Below the pieces are notes generated by a model. That model saw nothing but the letters and a program-made list of their open reading frames with translations. It ran no database searches and was not told the DNA's origin. DNA of 64,000 bases from Myxococcota bacterium (GTDB lineage Bacteria; Myxococcota_A; UBA796; CAJQPC01), in NCBI GenBank assembly GCA_036229005.1, contig JAZAMN010000032.1:25661-89660 (forward strand). The letters are read 5' to 3'. The position numbers were made by a program, and so were the translations under genes. Shown here piece by piece: positions 9,428 to 18,703 of the stretch (its first letter is position 1; every line of letters begins with the position of its first letter).

Positions 9428-9682
9428 ACGCAACAAGCCGGCGCGCAAGTCCCGCCGAACGCGACAAGCCGGCGCGCAAGTCTCGGTGAACGCAACAAGC
9501 CGGCGCGCAAGTCCGGGCGAACGCGACAACTCCCCCGTTCCACGGCCCCAGCACGCCCGGTGCTGTTGCGTTCAGACCCGCTTGCGCAGCCCGCCGTTGC
9601 GTTCAGACCCACTTGCGCAGCCCGCTGTTGCGTTCACACCCACTTGCGCAAGCCGCCGTTGCGTTCAGACCCGTTCGCGCGC
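9410..9682. repeat. Element copy 2: head-to-head arrays of 31-bp units (4 left + 4 right)
   Basis: GAACGC at 9426/9457/9488/9519 and GTTGCGTTCA at 9565/9596/9627/9658. The central spacer resembles that of copy 1. Confidence 0.9.
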
Positions 9683-10168
9683 CAGCACCCGCTCCCGCAG
9701 CGCCGCCAGCCACCCTGCGGCCTCCGCGCTGCCCTCATTGGGGCAGAAGGGCGCCTGTCGCTTGTGGGTGGTGGCGCTGTAGGGGCCCTCGATGAGCTCG
9801 AAGAGCAGCGCCGTCTCGCTCAGACACACCACCGTGTGCCAGGTGCGCGGTGGAATCTCGACCCCCCGCAGCGGGCCGTCCGCCGAGATCACCGAGACCT
9901 GCTCCAGCGCCCCCGCGTCGTCGAAGCGGCAGACGGCGGCGCGCCCCTCCAGGGCCATGAAGACCTCGACCTTGTCGGGGTCGGCGTGGCGGTGCACGGG
10001 CACGTAGGTGTCGCGGGTCAGGGCGTTGAGCATGCGCTGCAGCAGGTCGCTGTGCTCGTGGTAGCGCAGGATGGCGCGGCCCCGCGGGCTCTTGGCCGCC
10101 AGGTCGTGGGCGCGGGCGAACTGCGGGGCGCCGATGGGGCGCAGGCCGGGGGGAAACTCGGGCTTCAC
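9665..10168 (-). CDS. WbuC-family cupin-fold metalloprotein
   Basis: SPRGR, LQRMLNA..DTYVPVHRH, E.F..L.G, EIPP.TWHTVV, E..EGPY. Confidence 0.85.
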   Translation of the reverse strand: MKPEFPPGLRPIGAPQFARAHDLAAKSPRGRAILRYHEHSDLLQRMLNALTRDTYVPVHRHADPDKVEVFMALEGRAAVCRFDDAGALEQVSVISADGPLRGVEIPPRTWHTVVCLSETALLFELIEGPYSATTHKRQAPFCPNEGSAEAAGWLAALRERVLARERV

Positions 10169-10204
10169 GGTGGTCTACACTCGGGGCTGCGCAAGGAGTC
10201 TGCC

Positions 10205-11263
10205 ATGCCCACTATCGGCGTGCTCACCAGCGGCGGCGACGCCCCCGGCATGAACGCGGCGGTGCACGCCCTGGTCAAGCTGGGCACCCAGCAGGGCGTG
10301 GAGATGGTGGGCTTCCAGAACGGCTACACCGGCATGATGGCCGGCAAGCGCGTGCACCTGCGGCCCGCCGACGTCGACCGCATCGCCCACGAAGGCGGCA
10401 CCGAGCTGGGCTCCGCCCGCAGCGCCGCGTTCCGCACCCCCGAGGGCCGGGCCCAGGCCGCGCAGAATGCCGCCGACCTGGACGGGCTCGTGGTCATCGG
10501 GGGCAACGGCTCGCTGACCGGCGCGCGCCTGCTGGGGCAGGAGTCCGGGCTCTGCGTGGTCGGGCTGCCCGCCAGCATCGACAACGACATCGCCTGCACC
10601 AGCACAGCCATCGGCGTGGACACCGCCCTGAACACCATCGTCCAGGCCTGCGACCGGATCTCCGACACCGCCCGGGCCCACCGCCGGGTCTTCGTGGTCG
10701 AGGTGATGGGGCGGGACTGCGGCTACCTGGCCATGGCCTCCGCGGTGGCTGCGCGGGCGGACGCCTGCCTCTTCCGCGAGTCCGGCAAGGACGAGGACAC
10801 CCTGGTCGCCGAGCTGGAGCAGGTCATCCTGCGCGGCCTGGACCCCAGCCGGGGCAAGCGCCGCATCCTGATCCTCAAGGCCGAGGGCGTGCAGGCCTCC
10901 ACCGCCGCCCTGACCGCGCGCCTGCAGGCCACCATGGACCGGGAGCTGCCCGGCGTGAGCGTGCGGGCCACCGTGCTGGGGCACTTGGTGCGCGGCGGGC
11001 GCCCCTCCTACCAGGACCGGGCGATCTCGGGGCGGCTGGCGGTGCAGGCGCTCCAGTCTGTCCTCGCTGGCACCGGGGGTGTGATGATGGGGTGGCTGCC
11101 CTGGAACACCCAAGGCGGTGTGCCCACGTCTGACCCAGCGGTCTGGTCCTTCCCCTTTGAGACCGTCGAGGCCCGCACCGCCGAGCTGCTGGACGGCAGC
11201 CACCCCACCACCCGCCGCCGCGTGCGCATGATGGAGCAGGTCTCCGGGGTGCTGTCGCTGTGA
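10205..11263 (+). CDS. pfkA: 6-phosphofructokinase
   Basis: IGVLTSGGDAPGMNAA, GGTELGSAR, VIGGNGS, PASIDND, EVMGRDCG, LGHLVRGG. Confidence 0.93.
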   Translation: MPTIGVLTSGGDAPGMNAAVHALVKLGTQQGVEMVGFQNGYTGMMAGKRVHLRPADVDRIAHEGGTELGSARSAAFRTPEGRAQAAQNAADLDGLVVIGGNGSLTGARLLGQESGLCVVGLPASIDNDIACTSTAIGVDTALNTIVQACDRISDTARAHRRVFVVEVMGRDCGYLAMASAVAARADACLFRESGKDEDTLVAELEQVILRGLDPSRGKRRILILKAEGVQASTAALTARLQATMDRELPGVSVRATVLGHLVRGGRPSYQDRAISGRLAVQALQSVLAGTGGVMMGWLPWNTQGGVPTSDPAVWSFPFETVEARTAELLDGSHPTTRRRVRMMEQVSGVLSL

Positions 11264-11568
11264 AGCAGGTCCCCGCCGCCTGCCCCCACCTGGTCCTGCT
11301 CTGCGGAATGGAGCGCGGGCCGGGCGCCCAGAATCCTTCGTGCGGACCGCTGGGGAGCGAGGATCTACGCCGATTCCTCAAGAGTGAGCTCAAGGCACGC
11401 GGGCTGTGGCGCAAGCAGATCCGGGTGGCCACGGTCGACTGTCTGGGCATCTGCTCGGGGCAGGGGGTGAGCCTGCAGCTCCCGGGACAGGACGGCGTCT
11501 ACATCGTCGACCCGCAGAAGGACCGGGAGCAGGTGCTGGCCGAGATCCTGGGGCTGCTCGGTGCTTGA
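11260..11568 (+). CDS. Thioredoxin-like (2Fe-2S) ferredoxin domain protein
   Basis: LLC...SC...RV..VDCLGIC..G cysteine pattern; translationally coupled to pfkA. Confidence 0.7.
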   Translation: MKQVPAACPHLVLLCGMERGPGAQNPSCGPLGSEDLRRFLKSELKARGLWRKQIRVATVDCLGICSGQGVSLQLPGQDGVYIVDPQKDREQVLAEILGLLGA

Positions 11569-12376
11569 GCGCCTGCGCGACCCCCTGGGATTTGGCCGCC
11601 CCGGCTTTGAGCGGCACGCCCGACGCTTTGACCCGCTCCTCCGCATGGACGGCCAGCGCGTGCTCATCACGGGCGCCAGCAAGGGGCTGGGACTGGCCGC
11701 CCGCCGCGCGTGCGAATCCCTGGGCGCCACCGTGCTCGACGCCTCCCGCAGCAGCGGCTGGGACCTGACGGACCCCGAGCGGGTGCGCGCCCTGTCGCAA
11801 GAACTGGGGCCCGTGGACACGCTGATCCACAACGCCGGCGTGCTCCCCGGCAGCCTCCAGCGCAGCCCCGAGGGCCTGGAGCTCGCCCTGAGCCTGAACC
11901 TGGTCGCCACCCACCGCCTGACCCGGTGGATCCCCGCCCCCAACGTCATCTGGGTGAGCTCCGGCGGCGGCCTGACCCAGAAGCTGGACGTCGCAGCCAC
12001 CTTCGACCCGCCCCAGCCCTACGACGGCGTCCAGCAGTACGCCCGCACCAAGCGCGCCGAGATCGCGCTCTGCCGCCTGTGGGCCAACTTCGACGTGGAC
12101 CGCCGCTTCGCCGTGATGCACCCGGGCTGGGCGGACACGCCGGGGGTGCAGAGCTCCCTCCCGCGCTTCCATCGGCTCACCAAGGGCATGCTGCGCACCC
12201 CCGAGCAGGGCGCGGACACCGTGGTCTGGCTCGCCGCGAGCCTGCCGCTGGGCCAGCTTCCCTCCGGCCGCTTCTGGTTCGACCGCAAGCTCGCCGACCC
12301 GCACCCGGTGCCCGGAACGCGCCCGGATCAAGAGCGCATGGGCGCCCTGTGGAGCCGGCTGGAGGCCCTGCTCTGA
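11561..12376 (+). CDS. Short-chain dehydrogenase/reductase (DHRS12-like)
   Basis: ITGASKGLG, HNAG, VSSGG, YARTK, MHPGWADTPGV. Confidence 0.88.
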   Translation: MLERLRDPLGFGRPGFERHARRFDPLLRMDGQRVLITGASKGLGLAARRACESLGATVLDASRSSGWDLTDPERVRALSQELGPVDTLIHNAGVLPGSLQRSPEGLELALSLNLVATHRLTRWIPAPNVIWVSSGGGLTQKLDVAATFDPPQPYDGVQQYARTKRAEIALCRLWANFDVDRRFAVMHPGWADTPGVQSSLPRFHRLTKGMLRTPEQGADTVVWLAASLPLGQLPSGRFWFDRKLADPHPVPGTRPDQERMGALWSRLEALL

Positions 12377-12380
12377 GTCC

Positions 12381-12914
12381 CTACTCCTCGGGGTAGGTCT
12401 CCGGGAAGACCCAGGTGCCGGAGACGTAGAGCTCGCCGGTCCAGCCGTCGATGGGGGTGGCCTCCAGGGCGATGCTCCACTCGTCGTAGACCGCGTCGTC
12501 GTCCAGCATGGTCGCCTCGAAGGCGCCGTCGCTGTAGAGGATCCGGTAGACCTGCGCGACGCCGTTGCCGAGCACGACGCCTCGGAACTCGGACTCCTCG
12601 GACAGGGGGAGCTCGCAGGGGTCGCTGTCCTGGATGGCCTCGTAGAAGTGGTCGCAGAGCGCGCAGGACTTCTGCAGGCCGGAGAGCGTGGCCGAGTCGG
12701 TGACCTCGACGCCGGTCTCGATCGAGGTGTCCTCGCAGTCCCAGCCGTCTCCCCAGGTGTCGTAGCTCCAGGACAGCTCGGCGGTGTACTGGCTCATGTC
12801 GGGGATGGGATCCGGATCCGGCTCCTCGGTGTCCTGGGTGTCCTCGGGCGGCGCGGTGTCGTCGACGGTGACGGTGGACTTGCAGGCCACGAGAGACAGG
12901 AGCAAGGCGGTCAT
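12381..12914 (-). CDS. Hypothetical acidic lipoprotein
   Basis: MTALLLSLVAC lipobox; D/T/E-rich linker. Confidence 0.7.
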   Translation of the reverse strand: MTALLLSLVACKSTVTVDDTAPPEDTQDTEEPDPDPIPDMSQYTAELSWSYDTWGDGWDCEDTSIETGVEVTDSATLSGLQKSCALCDHFYEAIQDSDPCELPLSEESEFRGVVLGNGVAQVYRILYSDGAFEATMLDDDAVYDEWSIALEATPIDGWTGELYVSGTWVFPETYPEE

Positions 12915-12955
12915 GGGGGCTTCTCTCCAGAGAGGGCCCCCAACTTAACGAAGAT

Positions 12956-13810
12956 TCACCGGGGGACGCGGCTCCAGTCGACAAAGCCGCGCCCCTTTGC
13001 ATCCGGCTGACATCGCGGGCAGAAGAAGGCGTCGTGGCCCCGCACGCCCGCCGCACGAATCGCCGTCCCGCACACCGGACAGGGCTCCCCCTTGCGGTTG
13101 CGCACTGCCAGAAAGTCCCGGAGCTTCTCATCCAAGGCCGGCTTCCTACGCCGAATCTCCGACCGAGCATCCCCCAGCACCTTGACGATGGCGGCGTGCA
13201 GCGCGGTCACCTGCTCCGGGCTCAGCTCCGAGACCCGGGCCTTGGGGTGGATGCCCGCCGCGAACAGCACCTCGTCCGCGTAGGCGTTGCCCATCGCGTC
13301 CAGCTTGGACTTGTCCATCAAGAAGAGCTTGACCTGCCGGCGCTCCTTGGCCGCCAGGGCCTGCAGCTTGTCCACCGTGAACGCCTTGCCCAGCACGTTG
13401 ACGCCGATCTTGGCGAAGCCCGGGATCTCCTTGAGCTGCTCCCGCGGGCACAGGTAGACCTTGCCCATCTGCACGTCGTCCCGGTAGCGCAGCTCCAGCG
13501 CCTCAAAGCCCACCCTCAGCGCCACGTCCTTGCGGATCCGCCCCTTGGTCGGCGCCTCCAGCAGCGCAAAGCGCCCGGCCAGCATCGGCGAGACCACCAC
13601 GTCCACCGGCCCATCCAGCCCAAAGTGCACAAAGTGCGCCCGCCGCTTGATCGCCTGGACCGTGGCGCCCTCCAGCAGCGCCTGGGGCGTGCCCGGCGCC
13701 ATCTGCCGCAGCACCACCGGGTTGCGCAGGTCCACCAACCCCACCCGCTGCCCCTTGAGGGCCCGCTGCAGCTTGGGGACCACGTACTCCAGATCGGGAC
13801 GCTCAGGCAT
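12956..13810 (-). CDS. Fpg/Nei-family DNA glycosylase
   Basis: N-terminal MPE, H2TH GNAYADEVLF.AGIHP, zinc finger CPVC...CPRCQP. Confidence 0.92.
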   Translation of the reverse strand: MPERPDLEYVVPKLQRALKGQRVGLVDLRNPVVLRQMAPGTPQALLEGATVQAIKRRAHFVHFGLDGPVDVVVSPMLAGRFALLEAPTKGRIRKDVALRVGFEALELRYRDDVQMGKVYLCPREQLKEIPGFAKIGVNVLGKAFTVDKLQALAAKERRQVKLFLMDKSKLDAMGNAYADEVLFAAGIHPKARVSELSPEQVTALHAAIVKVLGDARSEIRRRKPALDEKLRDFLAVRNRKGEPCPVCGTAIRAAGVRGHDAFFCPRCQPDAKGRGFVDWSRVPR

Positions 13811-13824
13811 CACACCTCCGCCCA

Positions 13825-13836
13825 AAGGGTACCCTT
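13825..13836. promoter_or_regulatory. Palindromic bidirectional -10 candidate between divergent fpg and Clp-RF genes
   Basis: AAGGGTACCCTT gives TACCCT on both strands within a 43-bp intergenic gap. Confidence 0.4.
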
Positions 13837-13853
13837 GCCGCCGCGAGGACCCC

Positions 13854-16586
13854 ATGAGCGACTTCTCCACCGCCCTGCAGGAGGGCAGAGACCTCATCGC
13901 CGCGGCCCGCCGGGGGGAGCTCCCCGGTGTGCACGCGCGGAGTGAGGAGATCCAGGAGCTGTCCCGGCAGCTCGACACCGGCGCCAGCGTGCTGCTGCTG
14001 GGCGAGGACGGCGTGGGCAAGACCGCCCTGATCCACGGCCTGGCGCACCACTGGCGCGACGGCGACGCCAGCCTGATCGAGCTGAGCACCAGCGCGGTCA
14101 TGGCCGGCACCAAGTACCTGGGCGAGTGGCAGTCCAAGGTCAAGGCCCTGGTCGAGCAGGCCCAGGCCGCCAGCGCCGTGCTCTACATCCCCGACATCTG
14201 GAACCTCCCGAACGTCGGTCGCACCGACAAGAACGACAACAACCTGCTGGACGCCCTGCGGCCCTACCTCCAGTCGGGGCGCCTGCAGCTCCTGGCCGAG
14301 GTCAGCCCCGGCCTGCTCCGCCAGATGGAGCGCACCCCCGGCTTCGTCCCCCTCTTCCGCAAGCAGCGCGTACACCCCATGGCCCCCGCCGCCGTGCGCG
14401 CCTGCGTCCAGCGCGAGTGCCAGGAGGCCGCCGTCGCCCTGGATGACGAAGGCCTGGACACCCTGCTCAGCCTGTCCTCGCGCTTCTCCAACCGTGCCCA
14501 GCCGGGTCCCGCGCTGGCCAGCTTGGGGGCGTTGATCCGACAAGTGGAGGCCGACCCCAGCCTCCCCTCCCCCCTGGGCCCACCCCAGGTCGAGCGCAGC
14601 TTCTCCGAGCTCTCCGGCCTGCCCATGTTCGTGGTCAGCCGCAGCGAGACCCGCTCCGCCCGCGACATCCGCGCCTTCTTCTCCGAGCGCATCGTCGGCC
14701 AGCAGGAGGCCATCGAGGCCGTCATCGAGTGTATCGCCCTGTTCAAGGCCGGCCTGCAGGACCCCGACAAGCCCATCGGCACCTTCTTGTTCGTGGGCCC
14801 CACCGGCGTCGGCAAGACCGAGCTGGCCCGCACCCTGGCGCGCTTCCTGTTCGGCAGCGAGAGCCGCCTGCTGCGCTTCGATCTCTCCGAGTTCAAGGAC
14901 TACCACTCCTTCGAGATGCTGGTCGGCAGCGCCCGCGACCCCAGCCGCCCCGCCGCCCTGGTCGATCCCATCCGCGCCCAGCCCTTCCAGGTCGTGCTCT
15001 TTGACGAGCTCGAGAAGGCCCACCCCAACGTCTGGGACCTCCTGCTCGGCCTGCTGGATGAAGGCCGCATCACGCCCCCCGGTGGCCGCACCGTCGACTG
15101 CCGGAACACCATCGTCATCGCGACCTCCAACGTGGGCGCCCAGGACAGCCAGCGCACCAGCGTCGGCTTCGACGGCAAGAGCGAGCGCACCGCCCGCCGG
15201 GACATCGAGCGCGCTCTGGAGCAGCACTTCCGCCCCGAGTTCCTCAATCGTTTCCAGCACCTGGCCATCTTCCACGCCCTCACCCCCGAGCAGGTCCTCC
15301 AGGTCGCCCGCTGGGAGCTGCGCCGCGTCGTGGACCGCGAAGGCATCGCCGCCCGCAACCTGGTCGTCGAGGTCGAAGACGAGGCCCTCCAGGTCATCGT
15401 CGACAAGGGCTTCGACCCCCGCTACGGCGCCCGCGGCCTCAAGCGCGAGATCCAGCGCCGCCTGGTGCTCCCCCTGGCCATGACCCTGATGGAGACCCAG
15501 GTCAGCCCCGGCAGCATCCTGCGCGTCCAGGCCCGCAACGACCGCCTGCAGGTGCGCGTCATCGAGACCCGCGAGGCCCGGCTCCAGCGCCGCCGTAGGG
15601 AGCCTCCCCGTCTTCCGGAGGGAGGGCGCCTGGATCTTCCGGAGCTCCGCAGCAGAACACAAGCCCTCAGTCCGCGCATCACCGCTCTGTCATCGGGTGT
15701 CGGCGAGGACACGCTGCTCGACTCCCAAGCGGAGCTGGAGCACGCCCGCGCGCAGCCTGGGTTCTGGAACGACCCGGAGCAGGCCGCCCGCGTGATGCGC
15801 GATCTGGACCAGATCAACCTCAGCCTGGACCGCATCGAGCGCCTGCGCCTGAGCATCGAGGAGCTTCAGGCCGACGCCGCCCAGGCCAGCGCTACGGCGC
15901 TCTCCCGCATGGCCGAGCGGCTGCTGCGCCTGGAGGACCGTCTGCTGCTGGCCGAGCGCCAGATGCTGCGCATGGGCCCCAGCGGCACCTGGGACGCCCT
16001 GGTCCACATCGAGCCGCAGGGCAAGGAGGGCTGGCGCGTCCGAGACCTGCTGGTCAAGCTCTACGAGGGCTGGGCGGCGGACCGCCACTCCCTGTCCAGC
16101 CGCCTGCTGCTGGAGCCCCGCACGAAACGGCAGCCCGCTCTGCTCGCCGTCGAGGGCACCTGGGCGCACGGCTGGCTGGCCCACGAGTCCGGCCTGCACC
16201 GCCTCCGCCTGGAGAAGGAGTCGGTCATGGCGCGCGTGCGCGTGGTCCCCTGGACCGACGCGGTGGCCGAGCCCGAGTTCCTGCGACACAAGGCCCTGTC
16301 CAAGGAGACCGGCGCCTACGGCGGCACCCTGCGCTCGCGGGTGGAGCTCAAGGGCGGGCTGGTGCTCCAGAGCGGCGGGACCCTGGCCGACAACCGCGCC
16401 CTGGCCGCGGAGCTCTACGGCTCCTGGCTCCAGGCCCCCGAGCCCCTGGACGAGGTCGTGCGCCGCTACCGCCTGGAGCCCATGCAGCTCAAGGACCACG
16501 CCACCGGTGTGGACACCCAGCGCAAGGACGCTCTGGGCGCCCGCTTCTTCCACACCCTGCTGGAGCAGCGGGTGGACCTGCTCTGA
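13854..16586 (+). CDS. Clp/Hsp100-like double AAA+ ATPase fused to a degenerate RF2-like peptide release factor module
   Basis: GEDGVGKT; FLFVGPTGVGKTELA, LFDELEKAH, FRPEFLNR, YGARGLKR. C-terminus: PGFWNDPEQA, LY.GWA, G..AHGWL..ESGLHRL, VRRY.L.P..LKDHATG. Confidence 0.8.
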   Translation: MSDFSTALQEGRDLIAAARRGELPGVHARSEEIQELSRQLDTGASVLLLGEDGVGKTALIHGLAHHWRDGDASLIELSTSAVMAGTKYLGEWQSKVKALVEQAQAASAVLYIPDIWNLPNVGRTDKNDNNLLDALRPYLQSGRLQLLAEVSPGLLRQMERTPGFVPLFRKQRVHPMAPAAVRACVQRECQEAAVALDDEGLDTLLSLSSRFSNRAQPGPALASLGALIRQVEADPSLPSPLGPPQVERSFSELSGLPMFVVSRSETRSARDIRAFFSERIVGQQEAIEAVIECIALFKAGLQDPDKPIGTFLFVGPTGVGKTELARTLARFLFGSESRLLRFDLSEFKDYHSFEMLVGSARDPSRPAALVDPIRAQPFQVVLFDELEKAHPNVWDLLLGLLDEGRITPPGGRTVDCRNTIVIATSNVGAQDSQRTSVGFDGKSERTARRDIERALEQHFRPEFLNRFQHLAIFHALTPEQVLQVARWELRRVVDREGIAARNLVVEVEDEALQVIVDKGFDPRYGARGLKREIQRRLVLPLAMTLMETQVSPGSILRVQARNDRLQVRVIETREARLQRRRREPPRLPEGGRLDLPELRSRTQALSPRITALSSGVGEDTLLDSQAELEHARAQPGFWNDPEQAARVMRDLDQINLSLDRIERLRLSIEELQADAAQASATALSRMAERLLRLEDRLLLAERQMLRMGPSGTWDALVHIEPQGKEGWRVRDLLVKLYEGWAADRHSLSSRLLLEPRTKRQPALLAVEGTWAHGWLAHESGLHRLRLEKESVMARVRVVPWTDAVAEPEFLRHKALSKETGAYGGTLRSRVELKGGLVLQSGGTLADNRALAAELYGSWLQAPEPLDEVVRRYRLEPMQLKDHATGVDTQRKDALGARFFHTLLEQRVDLL

Positions 16587-16595
16587 GGCCCGCCC

Positions 16596-17471
16596 CTACG
16601 CGGCGCGGACCTTCTCGCGGGCCTGCTCCAGCACCTCACGGCAGGCCTCGGCCTGGGCCTTGAGGGCGTCCCCGATGCGCTGGGTGACCAGCTCGACCAC
16701 CCGGCGGGCGGGCTCGGAGTCCTCGTCATCGGCGTGGATGCTGCGCAGGTCGGAGATGTCGATCTCCGCGCCGAAGGCGATCCCGATGGGGTGCTCGTCA
16801 GGCTCCAGCCAGTTCCAGAGGAACTCCTGCCACAGGTCGTTGGTCAGCCCGGTCAGGAACACGGGCACGAGCTGGGAGTCGGGCGCGTCCAGCGCGACCT
16901 GGGAGGCCCCGGGCTTGAGGCGGTGGAGCGCGAAGGGATCCGCGTCCGGGTAGCGCCGCCCCTCTGGGTGGATGCCCACCACCGCGCCGGTCTCCTGGAG
17001 CTCATAGGCCAGGCGGTGCAGCGCGTAGCGGTTCCAGATGGCGCCGTCCCGGCTGCGCTTGATGGGCGGGAACATGGCCATGCCGGACATGAAGGTGTTC
17101 ACGCCCCAGCCCACCGGGCTGTCGTAGAAGAAGGTGCTGCGCACGGGGAACACCACATCACGCGGCAGGTCGGTCCAGTTGAACCAGGCGCAGGCCACGG
17201 TGAAGTAGTCAAAGAAGCTGCGGTGGTTGGCCACCAGCAGGATCCCCCGGCTGGGGTCCAGCTTCTCCAGGTGCTCCAGGCCGGTCACGTGGATGCGTCG
17301 CTTGCAGGTCAGCCAGGTCACCCCCACCAGCACGGTGGAGTTCCACGCGACCGCCGCCCAGCGGGCGTGACGGTGCACGCGGTCGGCGATCTGGAACCCC
17401 CAGCGCTCGGCGGGCGCGAGGCGGGCCAGTTGGCCGGCGCTCGGCTCCGGTGTCTTCTCGGTTGCGCTCAT
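16596..17471 (-). CDS. Lysophospholipid acyltransferase (PlsC-like)
   Basis: VANHRSFFD (HX4D), IHPEGRR. Confidence 0.88.
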   Translation of the reverse strand: MSATEKTPEPSAGQLARLAPAERWGFQIADRVHRHARWAAVAWNSTVLVGVTWLTCKRRIHVTGLEHLEKLDPSRGILLVANHRSFFDYFTVACAWFNWTDLPRDVVFPVRSTFFYDSPVGWGVNTFMSGMAMFPPIKRSRDGAIWNRYALHRLAYELQETGAVVGIHPEGRRYPDADPFALHRLKPGASQVALDAPDSQLVPVFLTGLTNDLWQEFLWNWLEPDEHPIGIAFGAEIDISDLRSIHADDEDSEPARRVVELVTQRIGDALKAQAEACREVLEQAREKVRAA

Positions 17472-17565
17472 TGGGCCACGATACTCCAGAAGGCGGCCCC
17501 TTGCAGCCCCGAGTTTGGGGAGGCGCTGCTGGGGCCGGCGCGCGACGACCCCGTGACCGCGCGGG

Positions 17566-17910
17566 TCAGAGGCCCAGCTTGCGCCCCGCCCCGATCGGCC
17601 CGAGATCCAGCACCTTGTAGCCCTTGGCGGTCCACTGCCGCGCCACGTTGGAGCTGCGGGCGCCGGAGCGGCAGAACACGATCACCGGCTTGTCCTTGGA
17701 CAGGCCCTGGGGCGGGTTGCCCATGGGGATGTTCTTGGCGCCCTTGAGCGTGCCGGACTGGAACTCCGCGGGGCTGCGCACGTCCACCAGCGTGGCGCCC
17801 GCGTCCAGCGCCGCCTTGAGCTCCTCTGGGGAGGCGCCGCCTCCGATCAGTCGCCGCAGGGCGAACCAGCCCAACGTTCCCACAATCAAACCAATGATCA
17901 GCCACTCCAA
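17566..17910 (-). CDS. Membrane-anchored rhodanese-like protein
   Basis: LVDVRSPAEF, GAKNIP, VFCRSGARS; probable TTG start after GGAGG. Confidence 0.85.
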   Translation of the reverse strand: MEWLIIGLIVGTLGWFALRRLIGGGASPEELKAALDAGATLVDVRSPAEFQSGTLKGAKNIPMGNPPQGLSKDKPVIVFCRSGARSSNVARQWTAKGYKVLDLGPIGAGRKLGL

Positions 17911-17982
17911 GGGGCACCTCCAAAAGGGTGCCAAGCCTTAGGCACCCCAGGCGGGCCTGCAAGGGAGCGACCCTGCGCTGGG

Positions 17983-18651
17983 TCAGATTGCCGCGGGAGC
18001 GACGCCCAGATCCATGACCACCTGCTCGGTGATGAAGGTCTTCATGCGGCCCTTGGGGTCCTGGGGATCGGGCTTGCGCTCGGAGATGTCGAGCACCATC
18101 AGGCTGCGCTCCAGGTCACCGGCGGCCACCGGGAACACGGTCACCCCCTGGATGGTCTGGCTGGGGCCGTAGTCCTCTGCGAACACGCTGGTCATGCCCA
18201 CGGTCTCCCCGTAGAGCCGCGTGTTGAAGTACAGCCCGTCGGTCTGGTTGCCGCCGCCGTCGATCATGTAGAGCCCAAAGGGCGCCTTGGCCTTGACCGG
18301 CGAGGTGTTGCTCACCGTCCAGGTCACGGCCAGCGTGCTGCCGTCATTTCGCTTGATCGTGCTGCGCTCCACCCCGTTCTTGACCTGCGGCAGGGTGCTC
18401 ACCCCCGTCCAGGGCTCCGAGCTGTCCACCCGCACCTCGAACTCCCCGATCGCCTGGGTCTGGCCCACCGCAACTGGAGTGCAGGGGCCTCCGTGTTTCT
18501 CCTCCAGGTGCGCGCAGAGCGCCTGGGCCTCCGCGCTGGCGCTGGGACCGACCAGGCCGCCCGCGACCTCGGTGACCTCGCCGCCACCACAGGCCAGAGA
18601 GAGGGTGATGAAGACGGATGTGGAGATGATGGGCAGACGATGATTGCGCAC
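17983..18651 (-). CDS. Hypothetical lipoprotein (possibly DUF4352-like Ig fold)
   Basis: LSLAC lipobox; beta-rich body with V.N and G.TVF motifs. Confidence 0.6.
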   Translation of the reverse strand: MRNHRLPIISTSVFITLSLACGGGEVTEVAGGLVGPSASAEAQALCAHLEEKHGGPCTPVAVGQTQAIGEFEVRVDSSEPWTGVSTLPQVKNGVERSTIKRNDGSTLAVTWTVSNTSPVKAKAPFGLYMIDGGGNQTDGLYFNTRLYGETVGMTSVFAEDYGPSQTIQGVTVFPVAAGDLERSLMVLDISERKPDPQDPKGRMKTFITEQVVMDLGVAPAAI

Positions 18652-18703
18652 TGGGATTCCCCCCTTTTTCAGTGTCCAATCCCAGTCTACCGCAGGCGCG
18701 ATC

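Noticed and set aside
6418..9682. 31-bp arrays as a CRISPR array or a TIGR-type guide array
   Set aside because: There are no unique spacer-length sequences, the variable segments are short and mutually similar, the arms are inverted, and no cas or Nop-domain gene is in the window.
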